Shown here: positions 26,057 through 32,000 of the stretch, piece by piece
Layout of the letters: the number at the start of each line of letters is the position of its first letter
Position numbering within the stretch: position 1 is the first letter of the stretch
Origin: Mycobacterium conspicuum
GTDB lineage: Bacteria; Actinomycetota; Actinomycetes; Mycobacteriales; Mycobacteriaceae
DNA length: 32,000 bases
Direction: 5' to 3'
Assembly (NCBI RefSeq): GCF_010730195.1
Contig: NZ_AP022613.1
Location: forward strand, 2,626,097-2,658,096
Translations under genes and position numbers: made by a program
Notes under the pieces: model-generated
Seen by the model: only the letters and a program-made list of their open reading frames with translations
Told to the model about the DNA's origin: nothing
The model's database searches: none

Positions 26057-26538
26057 CGTTTAACCACGTTGGCGCACCGCCCATTTGGGGGCGGAAGTGC
26101 TCAGTGTGGTGACGGCACCGCCGCGGGTCGTGGTTTCAGGACCAGGCTCACCGCGACCGCGACGACGACAATCCCAGCACAGATCCACCGTGCGGACTGG
26201 AATCATGCTGGCGGTCGCGCTCACCCGCGATCCCCCCGGGTGGCCGAGGTCAACGGGGCGCATCGGCCGCGGCAGCCGGCGAGCAAGAAATCCGCAAGAA
26301 CTTCGCGGTCGTGTCGCAAGCGGCGTGCTGCAACCTGAGTGAAGCCGGCCGCAAAGGTGCGGCCGACCCGCGTCTCTGCAGTCGGCACGGGACCGATAGC
26401 AACGCGGAAGGGCCCCGAACTCAAGGTTGCTGGTGTTATGTTGGCGTCGCCGGTCCGTGACCTGCAGACAGCGTTTTACGGTTCCGCGCTCGCCGGTCTG
26501 GCCCTTGACCCATCTCGAGTAGGCGGTGAGGAGAACGA

Positions 26539-26766
26539 GTGAGCATCAATCCGTTCGACGACGACAGCGGTAGCTTCTTCGTCTTGATCAACGACGAAGA
26601 GCAACACAGCCTGTGGCCGGTTTTCGCCGATGTTCCGGCCGGGTGGCGGGTGGTCTTCGGCGAAGCGGACCGGGCCGCGTGCCTGGAATACATCGAACAG
26701 AACTGGCCCGATATCCGCCCGAAGAGTCTGCGCGAAAGGTTGGCGCAGCCGGGCACCGACTCCTGA
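26539..26766 (+). CDS. mbtH: MbtH-like protein
   Basis: GTG at 26539 is preceded by [69 protein letters not shown] is a near-consensus MbtH signature containing the three invariant Trp. Confidence 0.95.
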   Translation: MSINPFDDDSGSFFVLINDEEQHSLWPVFADVPAGWRVVFGEADRAACLEYIEQNWPDIRPKSLRERLAQPGTDS

Positions 26767-26769
26767 TCC

Positions 26770-29700
26770 GTGAGCCGTCGGGTTGGCGGTCGAATGAAGC
26801 GTAACGGGGATGAGCCGGTCAAGATCCGTGGCTACCGTGTCGAGCTGGGGGAGGTTCGGGCCGCGCTGGCGGAGCTGGCGGGGGTGGATCGGGCGGCGGT
26901 GATCGTCCGCGAGGACCGCCCCGGCGACCGGCGACTGGTCGGCTATGTCACCGAGTCCCGCCGTGGGGCGGTGGACCCGGCCGGGGCGCGCGCGGGGCTG
27001 GCGGAGCGGTTGCCGTCCTACATGATTCCGGCCGAGGTGCTGGTGCTCGAAGCGCTGCCGTTGACCGCCGACGGCGACGTCGACACCCGCGCCCTGCCGG
27101 CACCGGAGCCGCGCATCGACCCCCGCATCAAGCAAGTGCTGCACGACGTCTTCGCGCGCCTGCTCGGCGTGGACGAGGTCGGCATCGACGAGTCGTTCTT
27201 CGATCTGGGCGGGGATTCGTTGTCGGCGATGCGGGCCATCACCGCGGTCAACGCGGCCCTGGACGTCGACCTCAAGGTGGGCGCCCTGTTCAACTCGCCG
27301 ACGATCGCCCAGTTGGCGGCGCGCATCGACGGCAACTCTGGTGGGCTCATGCCGTTGCGGGCCGGGGCGCGGCCCGCGGTGATTCCGTTGTCGTTCGCGC
27401 AGAGCAGGCTGTGGTTCATCGCCCAATTGCAGGGGCCCTCACCGGTTTACAACCGGTCGATGGCGCTGCGCCTGCGAGGGCAGCTGGATGTCGACGCACT
27501 GCAGGTGGCGCTGGTCGATCTGGTGGGTCGGCACGAGAGCCTGCGCACCGTGTTTTCGGCGGTCGACGGGATACCCCAGCAACTGATCGTTTCGGGCGAT
27601 CGCGCCGACTTCGGCTGGGGGGTCGTGGATGCGACGGGATGGCCGGCGGACACGTTGAGCGAGGCCATCGAAGAGGCGGCGCGTGGCTGTTTCGACCTGG
27701 AAGCCGAAATTCCGTTCCGGGCAAGGCTTTTCCGTGTCGCAGACTGCGAGCACGTGTTGCTCATCACGCTGCACCACATCGCCGGAGACGGTTGGTCGAT
27801 CGGTGTGCTGGCCGCCGATCTGGGAGCGGCCTACGTCAGCCGGTGCGCCGGCCAGGCCCCGGGCTGGGCCGAATTGCCGGTGCAGTACGTCGATTACGCG
27901 CTGTGGCAGCGGGAGAATCTCGGTGATCTGGCGGACCGAAACAGCCCATTGGCGGCCCAAGTCGGCTATTGGGAAGAGGCGCTCGCAGGCATGCCCGACC
28001 GCCTTGCTCTGCCGACCGATCGGCCCTACCCGTTGGTCGCCGACCACCGTGGCGCCAGCGTGGTGGTGGAGTGGTCGGCCGACTTGCAGCGGCGGGTGGG
28101 AAGCGTTGCCCACGAATATAATTCGACCAGCTTCATGGTGGTTCAAGCCGCCCTGGCGGCGCTGTTGTCGCGCCTGAGCAGCAGCGCCGACGTGGCGGTG
28201 GGATTCCCGATCGCCGGCCGCGGAGATCCGGCCCTGGACGGCCTGATCGGATTCTTCGTCAACACCCTGGTGTTGCGGACCGACCTGACCGGGAATCCGA
28301 CCTTCACCGAGCTACTCGATCAGGTACGACAGCGAAGCCTGTCCGCCTACGAGCACCAGGACGTGCCCTTCGAAGCGCTTGTCGATAGGCTCAACCCCCC
28401 GCGATCGCGGACGCATCACCCGCTGATCCAGGTGATGTTGGCCTGGCAGAACTTCACCTGGCAATACGACGACCCCGCCGCCGGGCTGGCGCTGGGGGAT
28501 CTGCAAGCAAGTCCCATGGCGCTGCGCACCCACACCGCCCGCATGGATCTGGTGTTCTCCCTGGCTGAACGCTTCACCGACAACGGTGTGCCCGACGGCA
28601 TCGTCGGGACGGTGGAATTCCGCACCGACGTGTTCGACGCCGCCAGCATCGAGACGCTGGTGCGGCGTTTCGAAAAGGTCTTGGTCGCGGTGACGGCCGA
28701 CCCGACGGCGCGGGTGTCGTCGTTGGATCTGCTCGACGCCGGGGAACGGGCCCTGCTGCAGGGCTGGGGTAACCGGTCGGCATTGACTCGGGCCGCGCCC
28801 GCGGCTGTGGCGATTCCCGAGGTGTTTGCCGCCCAGGCCGCGCGGTCGCCCGACTCGGTGGCGCTGGTGTGCGCAGACCGCTCGTGGACGTACCGGGACG
28901 TCGAGGAAGCGTCGAATCGGTTGGCGCACTTACTTGTTGACCGTGGCATCGGCTCGGGCGCGTGTGTGGCGTTGCTGTGTGAGCGGTCGGCGGAGGCGAT
29001 CGTCGCGATCCTGGCGGTGCTCAAGACCGGGGCGGCGTACGTACCGCTGGACCCGGCCCACCCGGCGGCGCGTACCGATTTCATGCTCGGGGATGCCGCG
29101 CCGACGGCCGCGATCACCACCGCCGCACTGCGCCCGCGGCTGGATGGACACGACTTGCCCGTCCTCGACGTCGCCGACCCGTGCATCGCCGGCTACCCGT
29201 GCACGAGCTTGCCCGCGCCGGCGGCGGACGGCATCGCGTACGTCATCTACACCTCGGGCACGACCGGTGCGCCCAAGGGTGTGGCCATTACGCATCGCAA
29301 CCTGACCCAGCTGATCGCGTCGCTGGACGCGGGCCTCCCGACGGCCGCGGAGCAGGTGTGGACGCAATGCCACTCCTATGTCTTCGACTTCTCGGTGTGG
29401 GAGACCTGGGGTGCGCTCTTGCGGGGCGGCCGGCTGGTGGTGGTGCCCGAGTCGGTGGCGGGCTCGCCGAGCGACTTCCACGAACTGCTGGTCTCGCAGC
29501 GGGTCAACGTGATCACCCAGACCCCGTCGGCGGTGGGGGCATTGTCGACCGACGGGCTGGACTCCGCGGCCTTGCTGGTGGGCGGCGAGGCATGCCCGGC
29601 CGAGGTGGTGGATCGGTGGGCCCCCGGGCGGGTGATGATCAACGCCTACGGTCCCACCGAAACCACCATCTATGTGGCGCTGAGCGGAGCCCTGCGGGCG

Positions 29701-32000
29701 CATTCGGGGGTGCCGCCGATCGGGTCGCCCGTGCCCGGGGCGGCCCTGTTCGTGCTGGACGATTGGTTGCAGCCGGTGCCGCCCGGTGTGGTCGGTGAGT
29801 TGTACGTGGCCGGCGCCGGTGTGGGCGTCGGATACCTGCGCCGGGCGGGCCTGACGGCGGCGCGCTTCGTGGCGTGCCCGTTCGGTGGAACCGGTGCCCG
29901 GATGTATCGCACCGGGGACCTGGTGTGCTGGCGCGCTGACGGCGCGCTGACGTACGTCGGGCGCGCGGATGAGCAGGTCAAGCTGCGTGGCTATCGCATC
30001 GAACCCGGCGAGATCCAGGCGGCGCTGGCCGCGCTGCCCGGCGTCGAGCAGGCGGTGGTGATCGCCCGCGAGGATCGCCCCGGGGACAAGCGCCTGGTGG
30101 GTTACATCACGGGCAGCGCGGACCCCGCGGCGGCGCGCGAACTGGTCGCCGAGCGGCTGCCCGGCTACATGGTGCCGGCCGCGGTGGTCGCGGTGGCGGC
30201 GCTGCCGCTGACGGTCAACGGCAAGCTCGACACCGGTGCGCTGCCGGCGCCGGAGTACCACGACGGTGACCGCTACCGCGCGCCGTCCACGCCGATCGAG
30301 GACATCCTGGCCGGCATCTACGCCCGCGTGTTGGGCGTCGAGCGCGTGGGTGTCGAGGATTCTTTCTTCGACCTGGGCGGGGATTCGCTGCTGGCGATGC
30401 GCGTGGTCGCCGCGGCCAGCGCGGCCCTGGACGTCGACCTCAGGGTGGGCGCGCTGTTCGATGCGCCGACGGTCGCGCGGTTGGCCGCTCGCGTCGACGG
30501 CGGCTCCCGGGGGCTGGCGCCGCTGGTGCCGGCGGATCGGCCCGCGGTGATCCCGCTGTCGTACTCCCAAAGCCGGTTGTGGGTCATCGACCAGCTGGAA
30601 GGTCCGTCTCCCCTCTACAACATGGCGATCGCGTTGCGCTGCACCGGCCACCTGGATACCGAGGCGCTGGGCGCGGCACTCGCCGACGTGGTCGGCCGAC
30701 ATGAGAGCCTGCGCACCACGTTTCCCGCCGCCGCCGGGGTGGCGCGGCAGGTCGTTGTGCCCGCGGAGCGCGCGGACTTCGGCTGGGAGGTCGTCGACGC
30801 GGCCGACTGGTCGACGGCCCGGCTGCAGGACAGCGCCGAGGAGGAAGCCCGCAGCCCGTTCGATCTGGCGACCGAAATACCGTTGCGGGCAAAGCTTTTC
30901 CGGATCACCGACTCCGAGCACGTGCTGGTGGCCGTGGTCCACCACATCGCCGCCGATGGCTGGTCGATCGGTGTGCTGGCCGCCGATTTGGCCGCAGCCT
31001 ACGCAAGCCGGTGCGCGGGTCAGGCGCCGGACTGGGCGCCCCTGCCGGTGCAGTACGCCGACTACGCGTTGTGGCAGCACGCGCAGTGGGGTGACCTCGG
31101 CGGGCAGTTGGCGTATTGGGAGCGGGCCCTGGCCGGACTGCCCCAACGCCTGGAGCTGCCCACCGATCGGCCGTATCCGTTGGTGGCCGATCACCGGGGC
31201 GCCAGCGTGACCGTGGAATGGCCGGCCTCGTTGCAGCAACAGCTGGCTTCGGTTGCCCGCGAACACCATTCGACCAGCTTCATGGTGATCCAGGCGGCGC
31301 TCGCGGTGCTGTTGTCGCGGCTGAGCGGCAGCGTCGACGTAGCCGTGGGATTCCCGATCGCCGGTCGCGGCGATCCCGCGCTGGATGGGCTGGTGGGGTT
31401 TTTCGTCAACACCCTCGTGTTGCGCGTCGACCTCGCCGGGGACCCGACCTTCACCGAACTGCTGGCCCAGGTGCGTCGGCGCAGCCTGGCGGCCTACGAG
31501 CATCAAGACGTGCCGTTCGAGGTGCTGGTGGATCGGCTGCAACCCCCACGGTCGCTGAACCATCATCCCCTGATCCAGGTCCTGCTGGCCTGGCAGACCA
31601 ACACCCCGGGCGAGCTGACTCTGGGTGACGCGCGGGCCACCCCGATGCCGATCGAAACCCACACCGCCCGAATGGATTTGGTGTTCTCCCTGACCGAGCG
31701 GCGCACCGGTACCGGTGCGCCGGCCGGGATCGAGGCGACGGTGGAATTCCGGACCGACGTGTTCGACGCGGCCAGCATCGAAACCCTGGTCGACCGGCTG
31801 CGGCGGGTTCTGGTCGCGACGACGGCCAATCCGGGGCTGCGCTTGTCGACGGTGGACCTGCTCGACGAGGGTGAGCACCGCCGCCTCGGACGCTGGGGCA
31901 ACCGGGCGGTGCTGGCCCAGCCCGCGCCGCCCGCGCTGTCGATCCCCGCGGCGTTGGCCGACCAAGTCGAGCGCACGCCCGATGCGGTGGCGGTGAGCTT
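26770..32000 (+). CDS. Non-ribosomal peptide synthetase, 3'-partial (runs off the window). Domain order seen: degenerate A-subdomain, T, C, A, T, C, A(start)
   Basis: This frame is not in the ORF track because it has no stop within the window. I translated it by hand at about 10 points from 26767 to 32000 and saw no stop. The first possible starts are GTG 26770 and ATG 26794. All core motifs are listed in the domain features below. Confidence 0.9.
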   Translation, partial: MSRRVGGRMKRNGDEPVKIRGYRVELGEVRAALAELAGVDRAAVIVREDRPGDRRLVGYVTESRRGAVDPAGARAGLAERLPSYMIPAEVLVLEALPLTADGDVDTRALPAPEPRIDPRIKQVLHDVFARLLGVDEVGIDESFFDLGGDSLSAMRAITAVNAALDVDLKVGALFNSPTIAQLAARIDGNSGGLMPLRAGARPAVIPLSFAQSRLWFIAQLQGPSPVYNRSMALRLRGQLDVDALQVALVDLVGRHESLRTVFSAVDGIPQQLIVSGDRADFGWGVVDATGWPADTLSEAIEEAARGCFDLEAEIPFRARLFRVADCEHVLLITLHHIAGDGWSIGVLAADLGAAYVSRCAGQAPGWAELPVQYVDYALWQRENLGDLADRNSPLAAQVGYWEEALAGMPDRLALPTDRPYPLVADHRGASVVVEWSADLQRRVGSVAHEYNSTSFMVVQAALAALLSRLSSSADVAVGFPIAGRGDPALDGLIGFFVNTLVLRTDLTGNPTFTELLDQVRQRSLSAYEHQDVPFEALVDRLNPPRSRTHHPLIQVMLAWQNFTWQYDDPAAGLALGDLQASPMALRTHTARMDLVFSLAERFTDNGVPDGIVGTVEFRTDVFDAASIETLVRRFEKVLVAVTADPTARVSSLDLLDAGERALLQGWGNRSALTRAAPAAVAIPEVFAAQAARSPDSVALVCADRSWTYRDVEEASNRLAHLLVDRGIGSGACVALLCERSAEAIVAILAVLKTGAAYVPLDPAHPAARTDFMLGDAAPTAAITTAALRPRLDGHDLPVLDVADPCIAGYPCTSLPAPAADGIAYVIYTSGTTGAPKGVAITHRNLTQLIASLDAGLPTAAEQVWTQCHSYVFDFSVWETWGALLRGGRLVVVPESVAGSPSDFHELLVSQRVNVITQTPSAVGALSTDGLDSAALLVGGEACPAEVVDRWAPGRVMINAYGPTETTIYVALSGALRAHSGVPPIGSPVPGAALFVLDDWLQPVPPGVVGELYVAGAGVGVGYLRRAGLTAARFVACPFGGTGARMYRTGDLVCWRADGALTYVGRADEQVKLRGYRIEPGEIQAALAALPGVEQAVVIAREDRPGDKRLVGYITGSADPAAARELVAERLPGYMVPAAVVAVAALPLTVNGKLDTGALPAPEYHDGDRYRAPSTPIEDILAGIYARVLGVERVGVEDSFFDLGGDSLLAMRVVAAASAALDVDLRVGALFDAPTVARLAARVDGGSRGLAPLVPADRPAVIPLSYSQSRLWVIDQLEGPSPLYNMAIALRCTGHLDTEALGAALADVVGRHESLRTTFPAAAGVARQVVVPAERADFGWEVVDAADWSTARLQDSAEEEARSPFDLATEIPLRAKLFRITDSEHVLVAVVHHIAADGWSIGVLAADLAAAYASRCAGQAPDWAPLPVQYADYALWQHAQWGDLGGQLAYWERALAGLPQRLELPTDRPYPLVADHRGASVTVEWPASLQQQLASVAREHHSTSFMVIQAALAVLLSRLSGSVDVAVGFPIAGRGDPALDGLVGFFVNTLVLRVDLAGDPTFTELLAQVRRRSLAAYEHQDVPFEVLVDRLQPPRSLNHHPLIQVLLAWQTNTPGELTLGDARATPMPIETHTARMDLVFSLTERRTGTGAPAGIEATVEFRTDVFDAASIETLVDRLRRVLVATTANPGLRLSTVDLLDEGEHRRLGRWGNRAVLAQPAPPALSIPAALADQVERTPDAVAVS
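26794..27105 (+). other. NRPS: C-terminal subdomain of an adenylation domain only (A8-A10), with degenerate A10
   Basis: [16 protein letters not shown] is motif A8. A10 reads [10 protein letters not shown] instead of LPLTxNGKxD, so the invariant Lys codon position (27076-27078) is GAC (Asp). No A1-A7 core lies upstream. Confidence 0.8.
27127..27330 (+). other. NRPS: thiolation (PCP) domain 1
   Basis: [15 protein letters not shown], with the phosphopantetheinyl Ser codon at 27217-27219. Confidence 0.85.
27379..28750 (+). other. NRPS: condensation domain 1
   Basis: C1 motif is [12 protein letters not shown]. The active site is HHIAGDG (27772-27792). FFVNTLVLR and YEHQDVPFE are also present. 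Confidence 0.85.
28807..30240 (+). other. NRPS: complete adenylation domain
   Basis: Motifs are [80 protein letters not shown] and an intact A10, [10 protein letters not shown] (Lys codon 30223-30225). Confidence 0.9.
30289..30490 (+). other. NRPS: thiolation (PCP) domain 2
   Basis: [15 protein letters not shown], with the Ser codon at 30385-30387. Confidence 0.85.
30547..31900 (+). other. NRPS: condensation domain 2, followed by the start of the next adenylation domain at ~31936
   Basis: C1 motif is [12 protein letters not shown]. The active site is HHIAADG (30940-30960). [19 protein letters not shown] at the window end is the A1 region of the next module. Confidence 0.85.

Noticed and set aside
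26057-26538. Looked for an IdeR iron box (TTAGG..CCTAA-type) or remnants of the missing NRPS loading module in the 482-bp region upstream of mbtH. I also saw a hydrophobic minus-strand stretch (ARWICAGIVVVAVAVSLVL) near 26100-26200.
   Set aside because: I could see no iron-box-like sequence and no NRPS-like translation in any frame. The hydrophobic stretch has no start codon after the preceding in-frame stop.
26339-26542. 67-aa ORF ending in a GTGA overlap with the mbtH start.
   Set aside because: The translation has no recognisable features, and the overlap is explained by the GGAGAA RBS region of mbtH. It is probably non-coding 5' UTR.
28930-31965. 1011-aa ORF on the minus strand, the longest ORF in the track.
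   Set aside because: It is antisense to the NRPS frame, which has every core C/A/T motif. The translation is Arg/Gly/Pro/His-rich with no motifs, the classic shadow ORF of a high-G+C gene.
1-32000. Searched for transposases, integrases, IS inverted repeats, phage genes, toxin-antitoxin pairs, and tRNA/rRNA genes.
   Set aside because: No ORF translation shows DDE/tyrosine-recombinase-like or TA-like features. No cloverleaf-like or rRNA-like sequence was noticed. The absence is by eye only.

Overview
High-G+C actinobacterial chromosome segment, almost certainly Mycobacterium: it carries three PE-PGRS genes, an MbtH/NRPS locus, an F420-type LLM oxidoreductase and arr. I support about 27 protein-coding genes and one decayed pseudogene. 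I found no rRNA, tRNA, CRISPR array or transposase. All calls come from reading the ORF translations and the nucleotides; no database search was run.

Layout:
(1) 325-9758 is a hydrolase/oxidoreductase-rich block. It contains a tightly coupled six-gene operon at 1965-7799 (GMC oxidoreductase, two alpha/beta hydrolases, MBL-fold hydrolase, NTF2-like protein, quinone oxidoreductase). Asp-nucleophile alpha/beta hydrolases flank it (908-1744 and the MEST-like 8841-9758), and a 1-kb non-coding scar holds a DUF1906 remnant.
(2) 9885-15883 holds a small secreted protein, a PE-PGRS protein fused to a GH18 chitinase-like domain, a GAF-PAS-PAS-GGDEF cyclase, rifampin ADP-ribosyltransferase (arr) and an aldehyde dehydrogenase.
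(3) 16066-17942 holds a hypothetical protein and an NTF2-like/M19 dipeptidase pair.
(4) 18010-25028 holds two inverted PecA-type PE-PGRS aspartic-protease genes. They bracket a DevS/DosT-like tandem-GAF PP2C phosphatase/anti-sigma kinase, its overlapping STAS partner, and a LAS-type peptidase.
(5) 25025-32000 holds the LLM oxidoreductase, mbtH, and an NRPS that opens right after the mbtH stop in the middle of an adenylation domain and runs off the window.

Most interesting: the PE-PGRS::GH18 fusion, the DevS-like sensor rewired to a partner-switching output, the protease-bracketed island, and the 5'-truncated NRPS with a degenerate A10 motif.
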